Assembly: GCF_009914755.1 (NCBI RefSeq)
Contig: NC_060932.1
DNA length: 64,000 nucleotides
Source of the DNA: the human T2T-CHM13v2.0 reference genome, Homo sapiens
Reading direction: 5' to 3' (one strand)
Both the position numbers and the translations under genes were made by a program. The first letter of the stretch is position 1. The number at the start of each line of letters is the position of its first letter. Below the pieces are notes generated by a model that saw only the letters and a list, made by a program, of their open reading frames with translations, ran no database searches and was not told the origin of the DNA. Positions 1 to 12,545 of the stretch are shown piece by piece.

Positions 1-274
1 GACTACTTAATTTGTTGTTTTCTTCCAATTTATGACTCTTCGTCACAGACTATTTGTCTTTGATGCTATTTCTAGTCATAAAGCATCTGGTCTGTATAAT
101 TAAGGGGAGCTGAGAAAATGTAATTAGCCAAACATGCAGGAAGGAGATGGCAAATCTTCTTCATGACAGAAATGTAGCCCAGACCATATTCCTTCTCGGA
201 TAAAGACATTATTCACTGACTCAGGTGGGATGGTTCCCACAGTGAATTGCTGCATTCCCTGAAGACCGTCCTCT

Positions 275-293
275 ATCGCTCCCTCTAGTGGCT
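275..293 (-). promoter_or_regulatory. Candidate CTCF binding motif
   Basis: Minus strand reads CAGCCACTAGAGGGAGCGA; core CCACTAGAGGGAGC matches CCASYAGRKGGCRS at 13/14 positions. Confidence 0.55.
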
Positions 294-1002
294 GATCTGT
301 TTTAAAAACCCGCTTGTACACGCTGTTCCTTCACCCCAGCTCCATTCCCCATTCTGGGTAAATGTATAAAAATCCATATCTGTTGGCTTAGAAATGCCCC
401 TGGCAGACGTATATGAGCATGGCCTAAGGTCCGGCTCAAAAGTCAATGCCATCTGGACTGACAGGAAGAATGTCAGAGGAAGAACGCAGAGCAACAAAAG
501 CAGCAACTTCCAAATAACCAAGAACCCCCAGCAGGTGTACACCATGCCATCCTCTAGAAAGGACGAGGTGGTAATGTGAACACACATGTCCAGACTCCAG
601 TGCCCCTCAGACAAGCCCCATGCCGAGTGTCGCAGCTGAGCATCTGTACATGGAACGGATTATTTGATTGCATGTTATGGGATTATCAGGTATGGGTATT
701 ATCAGGATGGGGTTGTAATAGGGAAAGAATGTTACAGCTACAAGAGAGTGGACAGGTTCTTATGTAAGGACATACGTGGAGCCTGAAGAGTTAAGGCTTT
801 CTAAGTCATTCTGTTGAAACTAATCCTTGGACGTGTTTTGTCAAGTGGTGAATAAGGCTGATCTGAAACAACAGCAACAAAATACAAACCAAATGTTCCC
901 ATCAGGCCTGACTATAACCTGTGGCTGCAAATGGGGCCACCATAAGAACAATAACCCACATTTCATTACCCCACCTGCTGAGTAAAATACTGGTAAGCAC
1001 AG

Positions 1003-1215
1003 GACATCTGGGTCATAGACTGTGGGTTCAAAGCTGAGACCCAGCTCTCCCCTGTGTGGAACCTTGGGTAAGTTGCTCAATCTCCCTGCGCTTGATTATT
1101 CATCTGGGCAATGTAATGATGTCTATTGTATAAGCTGATGGTGAGGATTAAATAGTGAGTGCAGGTAAAGAGCCTCAGATAGGACCGTGCCCATGCAGAC
1201 TGAGTAACTGATCTT
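1003..1215 (+). mobile_element. MIR SINE
   Basis: MIR core: gggttcaaa...ccttgggtaagttgctcaatctc...catctg...gtgaggattaaat. Confidence 0.75.
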
Positions 1216-2064
1216 TGTTACTACTGTACTCATGTTTACCATGTCCTCCTGGGTCCCCAGGCTGTGTCTCCTATTTGCTCACAAACAAGTGGCATCTGCC
1301 ATGATCACTCGGTTCCCTGATCTCCTGTGGTCCTGCCTACAGAGTAGGTAATGGACCTCTTCACTGCTTTTAGGGCCCACCATCATGCTTGACATCTCCT
1401 GGGGTGACTGGTAGACTCACCTCCACCCTCCCTCTTCTGGCTCGCTCCCGTGGTCCTAACTGATCTATATGACCCCAGTCCTCACCATGAGAAGTTAATT
1501 TTGGAGTTGGCCCTTGATTTGTGCTGTGCCAAGCAATATGGGTCTGCTGTGAATCTGCAGCCTGGAAGAAACAGACTCAGAAGTTGACGGTAGCTGGAGA
1601 AGTTTTTGTGAGCTTATGCAATGGCCACATCTCCAACCATGCTCTCCCCAACTTCTGAGTCAGCTCCTGTTTCTTAGAGAGCTGGAGGGTGGATGCTTGC
1701 CCCATTCAGTGCACCTTTCCCCTTCTCTACCCTTGGTCCTTAATGAGGATTTGTGCATCAAAGCACAGCGTTCTCTACCACTCCCTTTAAGTGGTAGGTG
1801 GCAAATACCTGTCTTGTATTTCTTCCCAAGCTGGAAGTAGGTTTTTGCTTGTAAAGCTGGAGCAGGGAGAAGAGTTACTATCTGGAGAGAATGGAAAACA
1901 TCTGCAAAATGAACAAATCTCCTGTTTTCCGTGGCACTGGGCATTAAACAGTGTCACAGATGGCTTCACTAGGGGATTATGGACAACATGAAGAGATCCA
2001 AACATGTCTGTTTATTTACCCCTTCTCTTGAGAACAGCAATTGTGGGATCAATTGGGAGGCAAA

Positions 2065-2200
2065 ATGGTATAAGAAAAGAACTCTGGCTTTGGAGTCCAG
2101 ACAAATCCAGCTTCAAAACCTTGTGCCTTAATATACGTTTCTATGATGATTTAGTTGACCTCTGAGCCTCAGTTCCCTTGTCTGTATAATCAAGATGGCA
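2065..2200 (+). mobile_element. MIR SINE fragment
   Basis: ctggctttggagtccagac...acctctgagcctcagttcccttgtctgta. Confidence 0.75.
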
Positions 2201-2212
2201 GTGCAATATTAT

Positions 2213-2660
2213 GCAGGGTTTCTTAAGTTACAAGTGACTAAAACCCAACTTGAACTTGTTTAATCCATAAAAAGGGAATCTATTAGCTCATGTGACCCAG
2301 CCAAGAAAAAGCCTAGCCTCAGAGTTGGCTGGACTCAGGGACTGGATCCCTACCAGGTAAAGTTCTTGTCTTTGCTTACCTCTGGAAAGGTAATTTTCAT
2401 AATAAATAGCAATAAAAGTGGTAATAATAAAAGGGTTTTATTCTCTCCTTTTGAAGATGGGCTGCATTCACTGGTGAGGAACATGTTCTAGGCTCAAATC
2501 TTTCCAGATGGAGACCTCTGTAGACATTTCCAAGAAATGACTCTGATTCCTTAGCCACAGACTCTTGCCCAGTTTAGGCCAATCACAGGCCAGTGGGAGG
2601 AGGTACTACACGTGGCTCAGCCTGCATCATGGGACAGCCCTGTGGGCCGGTAGTGGCATA
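2213..2660 (-). mobile_element. Old ERVL/MaLR-type LTR (MLT1J-L or LTR33-like)
   Basis: Typical end motif ttacaagtgactaaaacccaacttgaacttgtttaa...gggaatctattagctcatgtgac; boundaries approximate. Confidence 0.5.
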
Positions 2661-4929
2661 GTGAGGCTTTGGGGAAATCACTACAAGTTGTCCCAACCTG
2701 TCCACTCCCTCACAGCACTTTTGTGATTTGAAGGAAGCCACACAGTCACATAGCTCCTCGAATAGTCTCTGTGGTGATTTTCCTCCTAGAGGAAGCTTTG
2801 GGGAGAATGTGGGCACCTCAGCCTCTCTGTTCCTTTGACCCTTCAGACTCATTAAGTGCAGTGTGGTTCTTACAGTTCTCTCCGTGTAGCTTCCTGACTC
2901 ACTGCATCTGCAGATGGCCCCACCCCAGACCTGAAGCATGGCAGCGCCTTTGGTATCTCCAGGGCTCCCACAGCCAACGTGTCTTCTACCACAGGCATGC
3001 AGCTCTTTTTCTGCATCCTGTTTCATCCCTGTGGCTGTCACTGTGGTCTGTTACCTCACAGCCTCCTAAACAGGGGCCAGCTCTGATCACATTGGTCTGC
3101 TGCTTCCAAGTGACAGTGGCTCTCCATTATCTCTCAAATTAGTGGGAGACTCCAGGGCTTGGCATTCAAGGACTGCCACGATCTTATCCCAAACAACTTC
3201 CAAGCCACTCTTGCGGGCATTGGGTGTTTAGATCCTGCTACTGTAGGACAAACAAGTAGGAAAGCCTTTGGGGACCAGTGTAAGGAAATGAGCAGGAAGG
3301 AGTGAGACTGGCTGGTGGCAGGTTGCTAGGCAGCCATACAGCAAGAAAAGCAACCTGCATGAGGCAGATGATCCTAGAAGCCAGTGAGCACTCCCGCATT
3401 CTTTGATGTTTGTTTTAGCTAAGATCAGCCAACTTAGGGTACTAACCAATGGAATTTTGTGAACCCATTTAACTCTGATATTTAATATGTTGAGGCTCAA
3501 GACATTTTTCCCTCTTTGGTGGTGAAAAAACCCATAAACTACTATTGTTTTTACTGGGGAATGTGTATGGGCGATTGGTGGGAGTGGTGTAGAGTGGGAG
3601 AGATTTCCCAAGTAGCAAAAAAGAAGACTAAAATGAAAGCCATTATTCTGCTTTTCAGAACTAGTTGCTTTTATTTCATGATGGTTGCCTGGAGACTTTG
3701 TTTATATGTATTTATAAAGAAATAAATGCTGAACTTAGGCCTAGAAATCCAAATGAAAAACATGTCATTCTCAGCTTTGAGATGTGGAGTGTTTGCTCTA
3801 CGAGGATAAGAGGCCATGCTTGCCTGAATTCTTCTAATTTAAGACTCTCTTTTTAATCTGCTGATGAAGTTTTACATATGTATACACACACATATATATA
3901 CTCCTCCCAAACACACACACACATATTTTAAACATTTTAAGTTGTCTTTTAAATGAACAATTACTTATTGCCAACAGGAACTCATTTCATCTTAGGAATG
4001 CTAGCAAATACTCCTGGCACCTAAGCATGATTAATATAGAGAGGAACATATGAGACACAATGCAAGGGTGGCTGATAATCCAGTTCCTGCTTGTCACAGG
4101 CCTTGGCTCAGCTCAGCTGGTCATGCAGATGAAGGCCGAGGAGATGGGCAGCAACCAGAAGGGCTCCAGGGTTGGCATCTGTGCATCAGACGACTCATAG
4201 GTCAAAACCAGGTTTTTCAAACCCTGCTCTGGCTAAAAAAAGTCCCAATTTCCCTGTGCCTCACATCCTGTTCTGTTTTCATGGAAAAAAAAATTCAAAA
4301 GAAAAGCACATTGGTTGATTTCCCAGACTTGCTCTTTTTTTATTTCCTGGTTCTGAAAATTTTCTTTTTCACTCTTACTTTTATAAGCCTGCAATTAATT
4401 CAGCATTTGAAATGTGAGCTTCTGAAACAAACTCCCATGAATGCTGCATAACCATGTTTGGTTTTGCTTTTCTCTTAAACTCCCCTTCTGGTTTTTGTTA
4501 ACATTAAAAACACACACACACACAAAAGATAGACGGGGACTGGGGCAGGGATTTTCCAATGTGTTTTCAGAACAACCACTTATAGTCAAACATCAGCAAG
4601 GCCAGTTATTCTAATATTGCAGTAATGACTTCCAGGCACCAAAAAAGAAGGCATGTTGCAATAACTTTAAGACAAATTGCTGATAACATAATCATTGTCT
4701 TTTCCTCCTAGAGAAGTAAGAATTTTCCAAGCACTCTTAAGGACTGTAAGCTTTTCTGTGCCCTTACAAATCATCAAACTTTAATCCTCATTAGATACTG
4801 GTCAATATTTCCAGAGGAGAGGAAGTGCCACATGACTTTAAGTATCAAGCTTATGATTACCAACAAAGGAAAACTACATACATTACATGAGTGGTAGCTG
4901 CACCGTATGCCTGGACTATAGCATGCATG

Positions 4930-5830
4930 TTCACCTACTCATTCATTCATTCATCCCACAGTTCTAATCAGCAATTAACATAAACAGGATTCCTGTTCTA
5001 ATCGATTTTTCAGGCTGATGTGGGAGGCGATAGGAGAATGTAGATAGACATTGAATAAGTATTTACAAGTGCACTTAGTTTTACAGAGAAGGGAACAGTT
5101 CTCTATGTGATAGAACTAGCCTAGTCTAGGAGCATGTGAAAGATTGCTGCAGAGAAGGCCACCAGCCTTTTCTCCCAACCCTCTAAGCACCTGCCACTCC
5201 AAGAGATGGGTCTATTTCCCCTCCCCTTGAACCTGAACTGGCCCTGTGATTTGCTTTGATCAATAGAATGTGACAGAAAATATACCCTGTGACTTCCAAG
5301 CATAGTCATTAAGATGCCTTGTAGCTTCTGTTTTCTCCCCTTGGAAGCCAAACCCATATAAAGAGGTCCAGCTGGAGAAATCTCATAGAAAGAGAATGGG
5401 ACCCAGTCTGCCATCCCAGCCGAGGTACCAAACATGTGTGTGAAGCCACTTTGGACCCTCCACTTTCAGTTAAGCTGGTCCAGTGCCACATGGAGCAGAA
5501 ATTAGCTGTCCCCAATCAAACCCAACTACACTGCAGATTCATGAGCAAATGAGTGGTGGTTATTTGAAGCCATTACATTTTGAAGAGGTGTGTTACCCAG
5601 CAATTGATAACTGGAACAGAGTCAGGGAGGTTTTCTGGAGGAAGTTCTATTTAAGTTAAGTATTGAAGACTGGGCAGAATTTGACTCTTCAGGAAAGGGT
5701 TAATATTCCAGGCAGATGGAGCAGCCTGGGAAGACCCCCAAGGCTGGAGGAACATGGTGCCTTCAAGACCTAGAAGCAGCCTAGTGTGACCAGAATGTAG
5801 AGAAGTAGTGAGCATGGAGGCTGGGGTGGT
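4930..5830 (-). mobile_element. L2 LINE fragment interrupted by an MLT1 LTR
   Basis: (ttca)n L2 tail near 4940; L2-like ttccaggcaga...gcagcctagtgtgac resumes after 5620. Confidence 0.55.
5135..5619 (+). mobile_element. MLT1 (F/G/H-like) MaLR solo LTR
   Basis: tttcccctccccttgaa...ttgctttgatcaatagaatg; 3' end gaagccattacattttg...ttacccagcaattgataactggaaca. Confidence 0.8.
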
Positions 5831-6214
5831 AGACAAGGCTTGTAAATAAGAAAAGAATATAGCTGATACTTTTTGAATGTCAAGTGGATGTCCAGACCTT
5901 CATCTGACATAGTTAGCTTAGCAAAAACAAAAGTAAGATCTTTGTTCAGAGGGAGGAAATTCCATGCCATGGATGTTTCTGGCTACTAACACAAAGACAT
6001 GACTGATTACAAGTAAGGTCTGATGAGAAGGAGAAGATTCATTTATCCAACAAATATCTCTTGAGTACCAGTACCATCCTCATGGGAGAAAGAACTCACA
6101 GTGCATTTCTGATAAATATAAGCCAGTGTCATGCACATAAAAAGGCCATGTTTCAGTGGTCTACACATACACACACCCTCTAAAATCAGGAGGGGACTTA
6201 GAGTCAGGCAAACA

Positions 6215-6362
6215 TGTGCAGCCTTAGGAAAATCACTGAATTTCACTGAGCTTCATCTGTAACATTGGAATAATAACACTCCCTCCATAGGATTATTGGG
6301 AGTCTTAAATGAGAAAAGTCTATGTAAAGCACCTAATGAAATATATGATAGGTGCTCAAAAA
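6215..6362 (+). mobile_element. MIR SINE
   Basis: catctgtaacattggaataataacac...aaatgaga...tatgtaaagcac...taggtgctcaa. Confidence 0.7.
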
Positions 6363-6684
6363 GTGACAGCAAATTAAAAGAGAAAATATTGTATGGATAT
6401 AGTACAGACCAACACCGGGCATATCTTGTTACATAGCAGAAATGGAATTCAATCAATTAAGACAACAGAAAAAGTGCTATTATTTCGCCTTCTTTATTAT
6501 ATTTATTAGGAAACCTATTTTTACCAGTAGATATGGACTATCCTAAAAAAATTATAGTGTAAGTGTGGTTAGCAAAGCCTTCTCCTGAATCCTTTCCTAT
6601 TCTCAATGGCATGATATGTCAAGAACGTCTTTTGAGCCTGTTTGATCCAGTGATGTTCAAATGTGCAACAAGGAACTTAGTCTG

Positions 6685-6940
6685 GTGCTTACTATGTGCC
6701 TGACCTAAAGTTGTCTAACTTTCCCAGCAATCTCCAGCGATAGGTATTAATTTTCTCATTTTTCATAATTTTCCCATTTTTCTCATTAATTTTGCCCATT
6801 TGCAGATGAGCAAAGCAAGGGTCAGAGAAGTTACTGACTTCCCTGGCACTGGGCCCCACAGTCAGAAAGTGCCTCAGAATTCAAATCCAGGTGCACCTGA
6901 CATCAAAGCCTGTGCTCTTTTTCCTAGGCCAAACCATCTC
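6685..6940 (-). mobile_element. MIR SINE
   Basis: cccatttgcagatgag...cagagaagtta...gaattcaaatccagg...tgacatcaaagcctgtgctctt. Confidence 0.7.
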
Positions 6941-7064
6941 CTTCCAGGCAGACCTGTGTTTAGATGTGCTGTCACTTCTGAAGGAAGTCATCCGAGCTTA
7001 AACTTATGGGATCTCACAAGGGGCCTGCAGTATCTCCTTAAGGACCACCATAAGTCAGCGGCTA

Positions 7065-7361
<297 letters not shown>

Positions 7362-8259
7362 AGCTATGTTTTCAAAGCAACAAATGTATCAAAGCAGATG
7401 AGCCCAGGGAAGGTGAACTGTTCCTTGGGAGGAGTAGCACAATGACTGTAGTCCGCTTATAGTCCGCTTACTGGAGACTGTGCTCAAGAAAAAGCCAAGA
7501 GGTAATCTTCGGCAGCTGCTGTGATATCTGCATATTTTAATTTTTTCCATCTATTTAAAGCCTGCCAAGTTGCCTAAGAGTCAATAGAGATGATTTCCAA
7601 GGGCTGTTTAGTTCCAGGTTTCTATTAGCTCACAAATTCTGCCATATTGGATTTTAGAGCTGTTCTTTGGAAAGATGGAAATGTTTATGAGCGGAGCTCT
7701 GATTCCTCTAATCTTGGGTACAGGCTTATTCATATCTAAGAATGGACTCCTTCTAAGATAATTCAGGCTGAATGACTTCTTCCAAGGAAGGAAGGAAATG
7801 GATGTTTATTAAATTTCATTATGTGTCAGGCAGTGGGCTAAGAATTTCCCCTTATGTTGTTAAACTTAAATCTGGCAACCTAGACTATCAAGGCTAACTT
7901 TGACCTGAAAGCAATTCAAGACAAATCCCATCTTTATCATTGGTAGCTGTTGTGGAGTAGCAGTGGGTGAGGTGTATAGAGATCCATTCATCCATGCAGC
8001 AAAACACTTGACTGGCTTGAGATGTGACATGCGGAGCAAAAGGCAGGACATTGCTCTGGGAGAATTACAGAAAAGGGCCAAGTAAACAGCGAAGTGATCA
8101 CTTTAGTGCTGTGGTGAGACATGCCCAGGCAAACCCCAGAAAACAAGGGGATAGCCAGCCCTCACTGAGGATGGGAGATGAATGGGCTTTTTTGGGACAC
8201 CAGGAAGGTGGGTAAAGCCAGGAGGAAGGACAGCAACAGACCCTACAAGAAGGAGCCAG

Positions 8260-8900
8260 AGAGGTGACGAAAGTAATAGGCATGATACAGACTATAGCTT
8301 TCCTAACAGGAACGTGAGACACACAAACATCAGCCCACCTCTTTGATAGAACAGGAAATAATGGCGTCAACAGTTTCCTTTCTGAATACTAAGGACAAAA
8401 ACGAAATTACATTGCCTGTAATGCAAGGGTTAGTCAGACATAATTTAGTCCCCAAATTAATCCTGAAGTCAAAAAGCTAAAGGAAAGTGGAACAAAAAAG
8501 AATCTGAGGCTCAGGGCAGCAGAAGAGGGCTCTTGGAGAAGAGATGACAGTTGGCTGAAGTCGTCAACAGAGGGAGCTGGGAGGCTGCTAACCCCTTTGA
8601 TTTCAGCAGGGACTGGGCGTCTGCACAGAGCTCCCGGCTCCCCGCGGCGGGGGCAGGAGTCAACGCCGTCAGTTACATGCTCGTCAGATGTGCACGGGCG
8701 CCACACACGATCCTGCTAACGTGGTCGGAGAAATATGACCTCAGCGCAGGTGAAGCGTGGGCAGCTGACGCCACGGTGATGTGTGCAGATCCGGTGGGGA
8801 CTCTGACGCAGCCCCAGGGCAAAACCAACCTGCTTTCTACCTTCAATCCAGCAGGATGCCCGTCATGGAGAAAAAGGCGGGGCCTGCTTGGGAAGACACA
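8260..8900. promoter_or_regulatory. CpG-rich non-repeat element, candidate enhancer or orphan promoter
   Basis: More than 20 CpGs in 8560-8885 against a CpG-depleted background; eight TGACG/CGTCA half-sites; GC-box-like gcgggggcagg and ggcgggg. Confidence 0.55.
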
Positions 8901-9183
8901 GGAAATCCGTCCCTTTTATTTTCTTTATTTTATTCAGTTATATTCATCCCGTCTATAAGTGATCTCTTCTCTCCAGAATCGGCGTTTTCTCTAACAAAGC
9001 AAATGTTCTTGTCTTTAAATGGAAAGAAAAATAAGCTAGAAATGTCCCACTGTGGTAACAGTAGGAATGAACTAGGGCCTTAGAGAATCAGCCTAAAATT
9101 GGCAGTAGGGCTATAGCTCCCCGGCAGAGGAAGGATAGCTGCGCCTCCCTGGCGAGGGGTCCACGTGGCAGCACAGAGGGGTT

Positions 9184-9660
9184 AAGTTCCATGAGGGCAG
9201 GAACCAACTGTACCCGATTCATCTTATTAACCTCAGCCCTTGGCAAAGTGCCCAGCACATAGTAGGTGCTCAATACTTTAATGATGGCTGAATAAATGAC
9301 AAATAAATGAATAAAGGCCAAGTCTTCAAGCCAAACAGACCTATATTTAAATTCTGGCCCTTAATTCCTATCAGTGACAGTGTATTGGGCAAATTATTTG
9401 ACCTCCTCTTGGCCAGAAGTTCTTCAACAACAATGACTGTGCCACACCCATCACTCAGTTCTCAATGTCTGAAAAATAACAGGTGCTCAATAAAATATTT
9501 TATATAAATGAGATTCTATGCCTCCATTTGTTCATCTGTAAAAGAGGTACTATAATATTTACTTAGTAGGGTTAACTGTTATGAAGGGTAATGAGATAAA
9601 GCATGTAAGTTCCTGGCACATGAGAATCACCGAATAAATAGATGGTTTATTCTATTTATT
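9184..9660 (+). mobile_element. L2 3' end followed by MIR fragments
   Basis: aagttccatgagggcagg...cccagcacatagtaggtgctcaata; then MIR-like ttgggcaaattatttgacctc and catctgtaaa. Confidence 0.7.
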
Positions 9661-11359
9661 TGTGTTGGAAAACATTGCCCCTGCCCTCTGTTCCCTTTCT
9701 CCAGGAAATCCTCAGATGCGAATCTGGGACTTAACACCGTGGGCTTTTCCAAGGACTTTGTAGTGGCTGTTTGTGCCCTGCCTGTCCTTGCCTGCGGACC
9801 CTCTAAACATCTAAGTTTGCACTCAGAACCATTCCAGGGGTGTCCTGATTGAGAGGCCCTGATAAGAGCTAATTATCCACTTCAGCCCAAGGTTGGAGAT
9901 TGGCTCCTAGCAATAGGAGAGATGGCAGCCTCAGTGCTGGAACCAGGAAGAAGGCAACCAACTCTCTGGGAGGCAGGCCTGTTTCTCACCATCTTCTTAG
10001 CCCAGGGTGGAACCAAGAAGGAGAACACTGCCATTGAAATCCATCCTGAAAAGAGCCACAGACCAAATGCCAAGAATCAGGGGTCTTCCTGGTCTGAAAG
10101 TTATGCCTGAAGCTAATTTTGGCCATGTTTACCTTGAATTTTACTTTGGGAAAGATACAACTGGGGCAATCAACGCCCAAATCTACAGAAGATAAATGAT
10201 TCCAAACGCTTCATGGGGAGTTTTACAACCTCAGGACCATCTAGAAGCTCTCAGAAGGCAGACATTTGCAACTCTAGGGCTTTGTAAGATAACCAAAGAC
10301 AATTTTCTTTCCAGGGTGCTTAAGGGCAGTGTTGCCTGTGGAATTCTTGAGGAGCCACTCAATTCTGTGTTTCAGTAAGATAATGAGACAAAGAAAGCTC
10401 AACAGCAACTATTACTGCTTGAAGATACTTTTTCTTTCTGCATGGGAATGGATGAGATGTATCTTTTAGGGAACAGGCAATGATGATATTTTGCATTTGT
10501 AAGGTGCTTTTACATTTCTTACCAAACAAGTTTATATTTATATTGCCTGCTTTCATCTTTAAAACAATTCTGTAAATTAGATAATCACACACTTTTAGTT
10601 CCTTTTTACAGATGATATTTGGAAGGTCTAGTTTATTATTCAGCCTTATGTTTAATTAGAGGCGGATCTGAAATTTGCTTCCATTTGCAGTGCTTTTTAG
10701 TGGACCATCGAGCCTCCCAGCTCACAGCTTAATTTGGAGTAAATAGAAGAAGCTGAAAATCAATATGATGCCAGATTCCCATAACAGAAATAAATAGATT
10801 TGTGTGGCTTAAGTCTGCTTTATTAAGAAAATGCCTCTTCCAAATGTTTTCATTAAAAAGACTAAAAATGTCTCTCCTATAGAAGTTAAATTTGAGTCTT
10901 TTTCCTTTCAAATTCCAATAATCCGCTTCAAGTGTGTGACCACTATTTCCTATGAGTTTGTCTTCTGAAATATATATGAAGGAATGTCACCTTAGGGAAA
11001 TAATTTTCTCTAGAAAAATATATGAAGTTGTCTCCTATACTTTGAAAAAATTTAGCTCATGATTGACTCTTGGGATGAGTGATTCCTAAATATGTTTCTT
11101 AAATTTTATGCATACTTAGCTGCTTGTGAGTTTTGACATAAACATGATCTAGAAAGCAAAACTGCCTTAAAGATGAATTTAGCCTTGACTGACTTGATTG
11201 TTTGATTGATTTATCAACAGGGTAATTGGCAAAGCTAAGATATAATCACATATTTTAATTTAGAAACAACACTTCTCACAAAGTCAACATCTTAAATCTT
11301 GTTTCTGAAGAAATTGGCACCAGGACAATGTCTTCTATTGGAATAAGTGTGGATGAGAA

Positions 11360-11715
11360 GCAGCATCATATGCCTGGAAAGCTTATGGGCTTTGAAGTCA
11401 CAGACCTGATTATGACACTGGACTCCATTCATTTCTTCATTTATTTAAAAAAATCCATTCTGTGTGCCAGGCATTGTGAGTGAGGCATGGATGATGGTGA
11501 ACAAAACTTGTGCTTCCTGCCCTTGTGGAGCTTCCAGTCTCATGACTTTACTCACTGTATGTCCTCAGGCAAGTTATAGTACTTCCCTGAGCTCCATTTT
11601 AACTGTAAATTATATAGGAATCAATACTAAAATGAGGTATTTTCTTCATAAGACTGATGAAAAATAAATAGCATGAAGCATCTGGTTCATGGCAAGGACT
11701 CAGTAAATACTGTGA
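11360..11715. mobile_element. MIR (+) with an embedded L2 tail fragment (-)
   Basis: gggctttgaagtcacagacctg...; attcatttcttcatttatt...gtgtgccaggcattg; caggcaagtta...ctgagctcca. Confidence 0.55.
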
Positions 11716-11740
11716 TTTACCTTGTTTAATTACATCAAGT

Positions 11741-11759
11741 CCAGCAGCAGAGGGCAGTA
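11741..11759 (+). promoter_or_regulatory. Candidate CTCF binding motif
   Basis: CCAGCAGCAGAGGGCAGTA; core GCAGCAGAGGGCAG matches consensus at 13/14 positions. Confidence 0.45.
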
Positions 11760-11997
11760 GCATCTCTGATGACCTCGAGTCTTAATAAAATCCCTGCAAT
11801 TTGGCTTTTACCCTCCGAACCGTCCTCCCTAAATCTGCTGCCACAGTTTTCCCATAGCTGGTGACCTTGGTCGGCTTTGCTCAGGCTTCATCCTCTTCCA
11901 GCTCTTGGCTGAGCTCTTCACAGGACAATCATGGATTTCTGCTTGAAACCCTGCCTCCCTGGCTTCCCCAATTCTATTCTCTCTGTGTGCTCTTCTT

Positions 11998-12530
11998 TTT
12001 TTTTATTTTATTTTATTATTTTTTTATTATTATTATACTTTAAGTTTTAGGGTACATGTGCACAACGTGCAGGTTTGTTACATATGTATACATGTGCCAT
12101 GTTGGTGTGCTGCACCCATTAACTCGTCATTTAGCATTAGGTATATCTCCTAATGCTATCCCTCCCCCCTCCCCCCACCCCACAACAGTCCCTGGTGTGT
12201 GATGTTCCCCTTCCTGTATCTATGTGTTCTCATTGTTCAATTCCCACCTATGAGTGAGAACATGCGGTGTTTGGTTTTTTGTCCTTGCGATAGTTTGCTG
12301 AGAATGATGGCTTCCAGCTTCATCCATGTCCCTACAAACGACATGAACTCATCATTTTTTATGGCTGCATAGTATTCCATGGTGTATATGTGCCACATTT
12401 TCTTAATCCAGTCTATCATTGTTGGACATTTGGGTTGCTTCCAAGTCTTTGCTATTGTGAATAGTGCCGCAATAAATACCATTTGACCCAGCCATCCCAT
12501 TACTGGCTATATACCCAAAGGATTATAAAT
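11998..12530 (-). mobile_element. Short 5'-truncated and 5'-inverted L1PA (about L1PA4)
   Basis: Poly-T tail, L1 3'UTR and ORF2 C-terminus (WIKKMWHIYTMEYYAAIK...SLIGGN); ~57-bp inverted piece 12474-12531; TSD tctgt(g/a)tgctcttctt at 11982-11997 and 12530-12545. Confidence 0.95.
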
Positions 12531-12545
12531 CTGTATGCTCTTCTT

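Noticed and set aside
124-767. Overlapping short ORFs at the window start as a possible pseudogene or retroviral relic
   Set aside because: No motif recognised in any frame; no poly-A or TSD
8551-8958. 135-aa ORF over the CpG-rich patch
   Set aside because: Non-ATG start, no recognisable domain, and GC-rich DNA is naturally poor in stop codons
9140-9172. CTCF-like gcgcctccctggcga and ccacgtggcag
   Set aside because: Each needs a gap or several mismatches at key core positions
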